From a bacterium (GTDB taxonomy: Bacteria > UBP7 > UBA6624 > JBBIMK01): 32,000 nt of DNA. The stretch spans positions 28,472 through 60,471 of the forward strand of contig JBBIMK010000003.1 in assembly GCA_037444445.1 (NCBI GenBank), read 5' to 3'. Position 1 is the stretch's first letter. Every line of letters starts with the position of its first letter. Positions 1-6,924 of the stretch are shown one piece after another. Position numbers and translations under genes: made by a program. The notes under the pieces were generated by a model that did no database searches, was not told the origin of the DNA, and was given only the letters and a program-made list of their open reading frames with translations.

Positions 1-1407
1 CGATACATCGGTGAAGATGCGGTTTGGGATGCAGATTTTTTCTCGTTTGTGTTCAGCGAAGTAGTAGAGATTATCCAGGAAGAAGAGGGGGTTTCCCTTT
101 GCGGCGGGGAGGAGACGGCTCAAGAAAGCCTGAGCAGAGGCAGGCTCTAAACGGGAAAGCCACGGCGCTCCTATCTGGAGAAGTTCCTCGTCCGTCATCG
201 GCCCCAGCGGATATTTCTGAATAGAGAATCCCCGCAAGAAGAACAGGTCTTCCTGCTCCATCATAGCCAGGATTAAAAGAACCTGGTGATGGTAAGGACC
301 TTCCCGGAAGATGGAGAGAAGTTTTTTAGAATCTGCATCCATATACTGAACATCATCAAATATCACGACGAGAGGCTTATTTTGTCGGAGGGCATCCAGG
401 AAATGGGAGAAAGCCACCAGGAGGGAGGAGCCTTCTTTCTTCATTTCTGACAGGTCCTCCGGCGGCAGGTCCTGGGTAATAAAAAGTTTTTCCAGAATCA
501 TCAAATCCTGAGGCGGGAGGAAGTCTGACAGGCTGTTCCAGAGGGCGTTTAATCCTTCCTCAGGGTCGTCGGATTCCACTCCACAGTAGCGTTCCAGGAG
601 GTCTCGGAAGGCAAAAAAAGATGTCATTTTATGCCGGGGAAGGCAACGGGCAAAGAGGTAGTGCATATTCCTCTGCTGAAGTTTGCGGATGATTTGATAA
701 AGCACTTCAGTTTTGCCAATTCCCGGGTCTCCGGTGAGCAGGAGGGCTCCGCCCACGCCCTCCTGAAGACGCAGGATGTGACCATACAGGGCGGTGAGAA
801 TGTTCTGTCTTCCAACGAAATTTTCCGCCGGCCTGACCTGAAGAGACTTTTTCTTTCCGCTGAGGAGTTGAAATAAGTTCAGGGGTTCTTGCGGAAGAGC
901 CTCCACTTTATGCGGGGGGGAGAATTCGTAGAGTTCATTGAGTTCCCGGGCGAGGGAATCGGACACAGCGATGTGATTCAGGGCTTGATGAGCGAGTTCA
1001 CGAGCCGCATCCAGGGGCTCCCCAGTAAAAATTTGTTGAACCCCATTCCCCAGATTCACTTTCAGGGAGGACACAAAGCCTTCGTGCATTCCGATGTTGG
1101 CAACGAGGTCCTGATGCATCTCCGCATTGTGCCGAAGGATAGCCTGGCGGATGAGGTGGGCAGCCCGCAGAGCCCGTTCCCGAGTATCTTCCAGTGCCTG
1201 AGGAATGCCGAAGAGGGCGTAAAATTGCGAGGTGGTGACCGCATTCACTGTGCCACCGAGGTTGAGCACAATCCGGCTCAACCGTTCAAATAATTTTTGC
1301 TGAGGTTCTGCATACAACTCCGGTGAACGGTGCAATGGCAGGCGGTAGCGAGGACGAATATCCACATATAATACTACCACCAGCTTCTTTTCTGCTGTCT
1401 CTACCAT
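1..1407 (-). CDS. Partial gene (N-terminal 469 codons; continues past left edge): degenerate class III nucleotidyl-cyclase-like domain followed by an AAA_16/STAND-type P-loop ATPase
   Basis: Absent from the supplied ORF track because there is no stop inside the window. Hand translation of the minus strand from ATG 1407-1405 stays open to position 1. It reads MVETAEKKLVVVLYVDIRPRY...QFYALFGIPQALEDTRERALRAAHLIRQ...NIGMHEGFV (cyclase-like), then LLLTGDPGIGKTEVL (Walker A, about 709-732) and KPLVVIFDDVQYMD (Walker B-like). This order matches the common bacterial cyclase-AAA_16-(TPR/LuxR) giant regulators. Confidence 0.75.
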   Translation of the reverse strand, partial: MVETAEKKLVVVLYVDIRPRYRLPLHRSPELYAEPQQKLFERLSRIVLNLGGTVNAVTTSQFYALFGIPQALEDTRERALRAAHLIRQAILRHNAEMHQDLVANIGMHEGFVSSLKVNLGNGVQQIFTGEPLDAARELAHQALNHIAVSDSLARELNELYEFSPPHKVEALPQEPLNLFQLLSGKKKSLQVRPAENFVGRQNILTALYGHILRLQEGVGGALLLTGDPGIGKTEVLYQIIRKLQQRNMHYLFARCLPRHKMTSFFAFRDLLERYCGVESDDPEEGLNALWNSLSDFLPPQDLMILEKLFITQDLPPEDLSEMKKEGSSLLVAFSHFLDALRQNKPLVVIFDDVQYMDADSKKLLSIFREGPYHHQVLLILAMMEQEDLFFLRGFSIQKYPLGPMTDEELLQIGAPWLSRLEPASAQAFLSRLLPAAKGNPLFFLDNLYYFAEHKREKICIPNRIFTDVS

Positions 1408-1425
1408 GTTGAACCCTACTATAAT

Positions 1426-1454
1426 ATAGTAACCCGACCCGCCCGACCTGTCAA
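1426..1454 (-). promoter_or_regulatory. Candidate sigma70-type promoter for the cyclase-like/ATPase gene
   Basis: Read on the minus strand: TTGACA (1454-1449), 17-nt spacer, TACTAT (1431-1426). ATG 1407 lies 18 nt downstream. Pattern match only. Confidence 0.4.
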
Positions 1455-1538
1455 GTGGACAGGGATTTTCCCTTCACAAGCCCCGCATAAAGCGTTGGCT
1501 GAAAAAAAATCCTCATCGGCGGAGCATTCTTCGTAGGA

Positions 1539-1564
1539 AGGCCTGTCGGATGGTGAACAGGCCT
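1539..1564 (-). terminator. Perfect 8-bp hairpin just downstream of the purH stop; possible terminator or processing structure
   Basis: AGGCCTGT (1539-1546) pairs with ACAGGCCT (1557-1564) around a 10-nt loop, starting 18 nt after the purH stop. On the minus strand a T8 run follows only about 30 nt later (plus-strand A8 near 1503-1510), so it is not a canonical intrinsic terminator. Confidence 0.25.
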
Positions 1565-1581
1565 GAAGAAAGCGGAGAGTC

Positions 1582-3105
1582 CTAATGGCGAAAGTGACGA
1601 ATGCCGGTGAAGAGCATAGTGATGCCATGCTCCCGGGCTGCGGCAATGACTTCCTCGTCCCGGATGGAGCCCCCCGGTTGAACGATGGCTGTCACTCCTG
1701 ATTGAGCGGCTGTATCTACATTATCCCGGAACGGGAAGAATGCATCCGAAGCCAGCACAGCGCCCATCGCATTTTCACCCGCCGTCTTCAGGGCAGATTG
1801 CAGGGAAGCAATTCGGCTGGTTTGCCCGCATCCTACTCCGGACAGAGCCTGATTCTTCACCACTACGATGGCGTTAGATTTCACATGCTTGCAAATTTTC
1901 CACGCAAAAACTATGTCCTCCCATTGTTCCGGTGTGGGTCGCTCGCCGGCGACCCATTTCCAATCCGCCGGGTCCTCTTCTATCGTATCCTCCGTCTGTA
2001 GCAGAATCCCCCCCAGAACGCTCCGAATCTCCAGGGATGGATGCGAAAGTGCGGAAGGCTCAAACTGCAGGATTCGTAGATTTTTCTTCTTCCGTAAAGC
2101 CAGCAGGGCGGATTCAGAAAATTCAGGAGCCAGAACGATTTCAAAAAAGGATTTCGCAATTTCTAAGGCAGTGGGCTCATCCACCGGGCAGTTGAATCCG
2201 ATAATGCCACCGAAGGCAGACGAGGGGTCAGCCTGAAAAGCGCTCTGGAACGCTTCCTGAGGCGTAGGGCGTAACGCGGCCCCGGTCGGATTCGTGTGCT
2301 TGATAATCACACAGAATGCCGGGGGATTGACGGAAAAACTCTGGATAAAACGGAGGCTGGAATCCGCGTCCAGCAAATTGTTGTAAGAAAGTTCTTTCCC
2401 GCCCAGGATGGTGATTCCCGCCAGTGCTCGGGCATTTTCTGCATAAAACGCCCCCCTCTGGTGAGGGTTTTCCCCGTAGCGTAACTCCCATTTTTTTCGG
2501 GCACGAAGAAAAAAAATTTCTGGCATTTTTTCTTCCACCAACCGGGAGAAGTAGGACTGAATAGAAATGTCATAATCGGCAGTTCGGCGGAAGGCTTTCA
2601 GAGCAAGGCAGAGGCGGTCATACAGGTCCAGCCCCCCTGCATGAAGTTTTTCAATAATCACAGGGTAATCTTCCGGGTCCACCACCACGATGACATGGCG
2701 AAAATTCTTTGCCGCCGCACGAATCATAGAGGGTCCACCAATGTCTATATTCTCTATAATTTCAGGGTCCGGAGCGCCCTCCGCCACCTTTTTCTCAAAG
2801 GCATACAGGTTCACTGCCACCAGGTCAAAAAGAGGGATTTGATGCTCTTCCACATCCCGAAGATGGGAAGGGTTATCCCGGTCCGTTAGAATCCCCCCAT
2901 AAATCTTCGTGTGAATGGTTTTGATACGCCCATTTAGAATTCGGGTGAACCCCACAATCGTTTCTGTTGGCACTACGGGAATGCCGTTCTGACCCAGAAG
3001 TGTGGCGGTTCCGCCGGAGGCATAAATCTCCCATCCCATCCCCATCAGTGCTTGAGCAAACTCTACCACGCCTGTTTTATCTGTTACCGAAATCAATGCC
3101 CGCAT
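1582..3105 (-). CDS. purH: Bifunctional AICAR formyltransferase / IMP cyclohydrolase
   Basis: MRALISVTDKTGVVEFAQ...YASGGTATLL...GRIKTIHTKIYGGIL...VAVNLYAFE is typical PurH over the full length. I start it at internal ATG 3105, preceded by AAGGAGGAA, rather than the track's 3231. The 42-aa extension has no PurH counterpart and would overlap the upstream gene. Confidence 0.95.
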   Translation of the reverse strand: MRALISVTDKTGVVEFAQALMGMGWEIYASGGTATLLGQNGIPVVPTETIVGFTRILNGRIKTIHTKIYGGILTDRDNPSHLRDVEEHQIPLFDLVAVNLYAFEKKVAEGAPDPEIIENIDIGGPSMIRAAAKNFRHVIVVVDPEDYPVIIEKLHAGGLDLYDRLCLALKAFRRTADYDISIQSYFSRLVEEKMPEIFFLRARKKWELRYGENPHQRGAFYAENARALAGITILGGKELSYNNLLDADSSLRFIQSFSVNPPAFCVIIKHTNPTGAALRPTPQEAFQSAFQADPSSAFGGIIGFNCPVDEPTALEIAKSFFEIVLAPEFSESALLALRKKKNLRILQFEPSALSHPSLEIRSVLGGILLQTEDTIEEDPADWKWVAGERPTPEQWEDIVFAWKICKHVKSNAIVVVKNQALSGVGCGQTSRIASLQSALKTAGENAMGAVLASDAFFPFRDNVDTAAQSGVTAIVQPGGSIRDEEVIAAAREHGITMLFTGIRHFRH

Positions 3106-3107
3106 AC

Positions 3108-3365
3108 TTATTCCTCCTTTCGGATGTTCATCCGTTTCAACAGAGTCGTCTGGAGTGCTTCTATTATGGTTTGCCTTTGAGCCGGAGTGGAGAAATGCAG
3201 AAAAGAGTCCCTGTGGTTGCACAGAGGACATGTCATCTGGCTGTCTTCACCTTTCCAGAGGATTTTGAAATCCAGATGGCAGCGAGGGCATCGCCGGTTT
3301 ACATAGCCATCCTCATCCACTTTCAGGGGAACCCGCACCTGAACCTTATTCCCATTCATATTCAT
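3108..3365 (-). CDS. Small zinc-ribbon protein (85 aa), family not recognised
   Basis: CPRC-x19-CPLC four-Cys ribbon motif. Its ATG overlaps the stop of the upstream ORF (ATGA at 3362-3365). Its last codons (AAG GAG GAA TAA) form the purH Shine-Dalgarno, and 2 nt separate its stop from the purH ATG. No SD of its own, which is consistent with translational coupling. Confidence 0.6.
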   Translation of the reverse strand: MNMNGNKVQVRVPLKVDEDGYVNRRCPRCHLDFKILWKGEDSQMTCPLCNHRDSFLHFSTPAQRQTIIEALQTTLLKRMNIRKEE

Positions 3366-4222
3366 ACGGCAGAGGATAGTCCGAGTTGCATAGCCTGTTT
3401 AATTTTCCGGGCTAAATCCTGGGGGTCTTTATATTGCAGGATTCCGAAGGGAGCCCAGGCTTTTTCCGCCTGTTTCCCTTCTGCGGCGAAGAGAAAGGTA
3501 TATTTCCCCAGACCATAGGAAATACCTAAAAGGACCAGGAGATAAGGGTCCGGTGTGGAGAGGTCAAAAATCGCCCATCGGGACTCCAGTAGAGAATCTG
3601 TGGCAAGGCAAAAATCGTCCAGTTTTCCCCGGACGGGTTGAAGATGGAGTTGCTCCCGTAGCACCGGCTGATAGATATTAGAATACAGCAGGGCGAAATC
3701 CTCTTCCATGGAACCTGCCACAAACACCTGTTTGGGATAGTAGGTGGGAACATTCGGGCATCCCCGAACTCGCTGAATCGGGCAAAAAATGCTGGTAGAG
3801 GAGTTCACTTCTATGGAAGTTTCACGGATTTGCCTGACCGCTTCGTTGAGCAATTCTCTATCCACCTCAAGGGTGATTTCCCTGCTTTCCATTTCCAGGC
3901 AGGTTTCGTTGCCGGGTTGATAAAGGGGGCATCCAACACAACTATCTAAGGTAATCCGGCGTCGCTTTGCCAGGCACGAAAAATTCAGCACCACTTTCTC
4001 TCCGCTCTTGTAGGCTTTAATCTGAGTGCCGATAGAGAGATGCCTGCAGTCATTTGCTTTCAGAACGGAAGGAACGGAGCAGTTAAAGCACACCATATCA
4101 TCCACTTCGTTCACATAAGGGTCTGTGGAAAGTTCGCAGTAAGCAGACCCCCGGGAAATTTTACGATACGGACAAAACTCTAACGGAAATGTCTCATCCA
4201 GCCGTTCCAGTTTCTCTCTCAT
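3362..4222 (-). CDS. Cys-rich protein (286 aa) with C-terminal nucleoside 2-deoxyribosyltransferase/TIR-like Rossmannoid domain; function unknown
   Basis: The N-terminal ~155 aa carry 11 Cys, including CFNC and CVGC pairs. The C-terminal part reads KQVFVAGSMEEDF...LLESRWAIFDLSTPDPYLLVLLGISYGLGKYTFLF. This follows the strand-AG ... D-loop ... xLGxAxGxGK pattern of NDT/TIR-like domains, by eye only. A good SD (GGGGGTGA) lies 5 nt before ATG 4222. Confidence 0.7.
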   Translation of the reverse strand: MREKLERLDETFPLEFCPYRKISRGSAYCELSTDPYVNEVDDMVCFNCSVPSVLKANDCRHLSIGTQIKAYKSGEKVVLNFSCLAKRRRITLDSCVGCPLYQPGNETCLEMESREITLEVDRELLNEAVRQIRETSIEVNSSTSIFCPIQRVRGCPNVPTYYPKQVFVAGSMEEDFALLYSNIYQPVLREQLHLQPVRGKLDDFCLATDSLLESRWAIFDLSTPDPYLLVLLGISYGLGKYTFLFAAEGKQAEKAWAPFGILQYKDPQDLARKIKQAMQLGLSSAV

Positions 4223-4790
4223 AGTTCACCCCCAGATGAGATAAAATTTCTTCCACCAGCGCATCCCGATTTTTGGGAGTTATCAACCACACTCTTGCAT
4301 CGTTTAGAGATTCTGCCTGCTGGCGAATATGGGCTAACCCTTCCGAGAAAGTTGCCACGAGGGGCTTTGGGCTGTGAAACAGAGAAGGGAGTAAGGCGCG
4401 GAAGCGGGGAGATTGCAGTTCCATTTTTCCAATCTCATCCAGCAAAATTACATCCGCATTCCGAAGGGCATTCGCAAGGCATTCCACACCGATTTTCTCA
4501 AACTCTTCCACACGAACCCGATATTTCCCTACCCGGGGCCCTCCCGGCAGGAGGTCAGCCAGGATTCCCCTTTTTCCATCAAAAGTCTGAATGCGAAACC
4601 CCGTGCGGATTCCGTGTTCCCGGATTTCCGCCGTAAAGAATCCGCCTTTTTGATGAGAGATTTTCTCCGATAAGCGAATCAAGAGGGTCGTTTTTCCGAC
4701 GCCGGGCTTCCCGGTAACAAAACACTTGACGGGTTTCACTTTCCCCTGGTTCTCCATCACCATTGTAACAGGTAAGGCGGGGGAAATCAT
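4194..4790 (-). CDS. THEP1-type nucleoside-triphosphatase (NTPase_1 family P-loop)
   Basis: CFVTGKPGVGKTTLL (Walker A) and ADVILLDEIGKMEL (Walker B), with the small size and layout typical of Aquifex/Methanocaldococcus THEP1-like NTPases. The 3' end overlaps the next ORF by 29 nt. GAGGAGGTG lies upstream of ATG 4790; internal starts at 4763 or 4757 are possible. Confidence 0.8.
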   Translation of the reverse strand: MISPALPVTMVMENQGKVKPVKCFVTGKPGVGKTTLLIRLSEKISHQKGGFFTAEIREHGIRTGFRIQTFDGKRGILADLLPGGPRVGKYRVRVEEFEKIGVECLANALRNADVILLDEIGKMELQSPRFRALLPSLFHSPKPLVATFSEGLAHIRQQAESLNDARVWLITPKNRDALVEEILSHLGVNYERETGTAG

Positions 4791-4821
4791 GAATGTTTTG
4801 GGTCCACCTCCTCGGAGATTC

Positions 4822-5994
4822 TTAGACGAGTTTCAGGAAGCGGCGCTTGCCAACCTTGAGGATGGCAGGTTCGCCGGGCTTTACTACCTGCTCCAGGTTA
4901 TCAATGCGGTGGGCGTTCAGAGAAACGCCGCCGGCGCGTATCAGCCGCTTTGCCTCTCCACGGCTCTTCGTCAATCCCGCTTCCACCATCACTTCAATCA
5001 AAAGCCGGGGCTCGGACAGGGTGTATTCCATCATCTCTTCGGGCGCCTCTTTCTCCACGAACAGGCGGAGAAAGTGCTCTCGCGCCGCTCGGGCTTTCTC
5101 CTTCCCGTGTACCTGCTGGGTTATCAGCCCGGCTAATTGATGCTTCACATCCCGGGGGTTGATTGTTTCTTCTTCGCAGGCCCGTCGCATGTCTGCAATC
5201 TCTTTCTCGGGCACATCCGTCAGGAGGAAGAAGTATTTCCACATAACCTCATCCGGCAGGGACATAATTTTTCCGAACATATCTTCGGGAGAATCCTGGA
5301 GAGCAATCACATTTCCCTCCGATTTACTCATTTTCTTCACTCCATCCGTGCCCTCTAAAAGAGGCAGAGTGAAAACTATCTGAGGCTCCTGTCCGTAGGC
5401 TCTCTGTAAATCCCTGCCCACGAGGAGATTGAACAACTGGTCCGCACCGCCGATTTCCACATCTGCGTGAATGGCAACGGAATCGTAAGCCTGGAAGAGG
5501 GGGTAGAGAATCTCGTGGATGCTGAGTGGATTGCCCTGACGGAAGCGTTGATGGAAGTCATCCCGCTGAAGCATCTGGGCAACGGTGAACCGGGAAGCGA
5601 TCCGGAGAAGGTCTTCAAAGGTCAGGCTCGCCAGCCACTGACTGTTTCGGGCGAACCGGGTTTGCTCCGGGATGAGGTAGGGAAGGGCTTGCTCCTGGTA
5701 GGTGCGGGCGTTTTCCTCTATCTCTTTTTCTGAAAGGGGAGGACGGGTGGATGAACGACCGCTGGGGTCCCCTATTCGCCCCGTATAATCCCCAATAATA
5801 AAAATTACCTCCCCACCCAACTCCTGGAATGCTCGCATCTTCCGAAATAGCACCAGATGCCCCAGGTGTAACTCAGGAGAAGTGGGGTCAACTCCTAATT
5901 TGATTCTCAATGCCCTTTTTGAGGTGAGCCGTTCTTTGAGTTCTTCAGGTGTTATTACCTGAAAAACTCCTCGTAGCAATTGCTCCATCATCAT
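4822..5994 (-). CDS. tyrS: Tyrosine--tRNA ligase
   Basis: HIGH motif (ELHLGHLV), KMSKS motif and C-terminal S4-like domain (SRGEAKRLIRAGGVSLN). There are three consecutive ATGs; the SD (AGAGGA) abuts the first, so the true start may be 5988 or 5991. Confidence 0.95.
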   Translation of the reverse strand: MMMEQLLRGVFQVITPEELKERLTSKRALRIKLGVDPTSPELHLGHLVLFRKMRAFQELGGEVIFIIGDYTGRIGDPSGRSSTRPPLSEKEIEENARTYQEQALPYLIPEQTRFARNSQWLASLTFEDLLRIASRFTVAQMLQRDDFHQRFRQGNPLSIHEILYPLFQAYDSVAIHADVEIGGADQLFNLLVGRDLQRAYGQEPQIVFTLPLLEGTDGVKKMSKSEGNVIALQDSPEDMFGKIMSLPDEVMWKYFFLLTDVPEKEIADMRRACEEETINPRDVKHQLAGLITQQVHGKEKARAAREHFLRLFVEKEAPEEMMEYTLSEPRLLIEVMVEAGLTKSRGEAKRLIRAGGVSLNAHRIDNLEQVVKPGEPAILKVGKRRFLKLV

Positions 5995-6480
5995 TCCTCT
6001 TCTAATCTTACCATAACAACGAACTTCAAAAAGGCGAGGATGTGACAGGTTGGGCTGGCAGGCATTGCCATTGTGCTTACGACGGTTTTTTCCCTGTTTC
6101 TGTATTCTGAGCGGCAGATGAGTTAGGCCCCCCTGTAGTCAAACCAAAAGTCCACTGTTTGGCTCAAAAAGCGCGGAGGATTTACACCACAGGCAATCTA
6201 TAGTAAAATGGTAATCAGAGGTGAAAAGAGGGGTATATCTATTTGCGAGCGTGAAAAAGAAGGGTTATTCCGATGGAGCAAAGAAATGGGAAAAAGGAAA
6301 GGAATCTTCGGCAGGAAGGATGGAAAAAAGTAACATTTTTTGTGGCTTTCTCCTGCTTCCCTGGACATTTTATACGGCAGGAGGCATTTCCATAATAGCC
6401 TCCGCTGAAACCGGGTAATATCTCTTTTTTTTCACGACGGGTGAACCTTCTTTTTGCCCGATGAATGAGGAGGGATAGAG

Positions 6481-6924
6481 ATGTTAAACCGTGTTTTTTT
6501 AATCGGGCGAGTGGGGCGGGACCCAGAACTGCGTTATGCCGCATCCAGTGGTCGCCCGGTCGTGACTTTTTCACTGGCAACCGACCGGTTTACTCGCTCT
6601 GAGTCCGGTGAGAAGAATCGCCATACCGATTGGCATCGCATCGTGGTCTGGGGCGATAGAGCCCAGTGGTGCACTGAAAATTTATCCAGGGGGAAACTTA
6701 TCCTCGTGGAAGGGAGGCTCCAAACCCGTAAGTGGCAAGATAGAAACGGGATGACGAAAACCACGGTGGAAGTGGTGGCAGACCGGATTCAATTCGTGGG
6801 CCCGAAGGAAGTGACCCCTCTGGAAACTTCCTTAGAAACCCCTCAGGAAATGAACCTCCAGGATATTTCCTCTATCCCCACCGTGCCGGAGGAGGATGAA
6901 AACCTTGAAGAGGAGGGAACATAA
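6481..6924 (+). CDS. ssb: Single-stranded DNA-binding protein
   Basis: MLNRVFLIGRVGRDPELRY...TDWHRIVVWG...LILVEGRLQTRKWQD is a canonical OB-fold SSB. GAGGAGGG precedes the ATG. The acidic C-terminus ends ...EEDENLEEEGT. Confidence 0.9.
   Translation: MLNRVFLIGRVGRDPELRYAASSGRPVVTFSLATDRFTRSESGEKNRHTDWHRIVVWGDRAQWCTENLSRGKLILVEGRLQTRKWQDRNGMTKTTVEVVADRIQFVGPKEVTPLETSLETPQEMNLQDISSIPTVPEEDENLEEEGT

Noticed and set aside
3106-3231. N-terminal 42-aa extension of purH in the ORF track (start at 3231)
   Set aside because: The extension has no PurH-like sequence and would overlap the zinc-ribbon ORF. The internal ATG at 3105 has a perfect AGGAGG SD and begins exactly at the conserved MRALISV... 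N-terminus.
5995-6230. T-box riboswitch upstream of tyrS
   Set aside because: I read the minus-strand leader and found no GGGUGGUACCGCG-like T-box sequence, no obvious specifier-loop/antiterminator/terminator arrangement, and no hairpin followed by a U-tract. This cannot be excluded without a covariance-model search.
6221-6418. 65-aa ORF (and the antisense 113-aa ORF at 6239-6580) in the tyrS-ssb spacer
   Set aside because: The Lys/Gly/Glu-rich translation simply reflects the purine-rich DNA tract. There is no SD, and the antisense ORF would run into ssb. I treat the region as non-coding.
5995-6480. Replication origin in the long divergent spacer
   Set aside because: The spacer has no cluster of DnaA boxes (TTATCCACA or its complement), no dnaA or dnaN nearby, and no marked AT-rich unwinding element.
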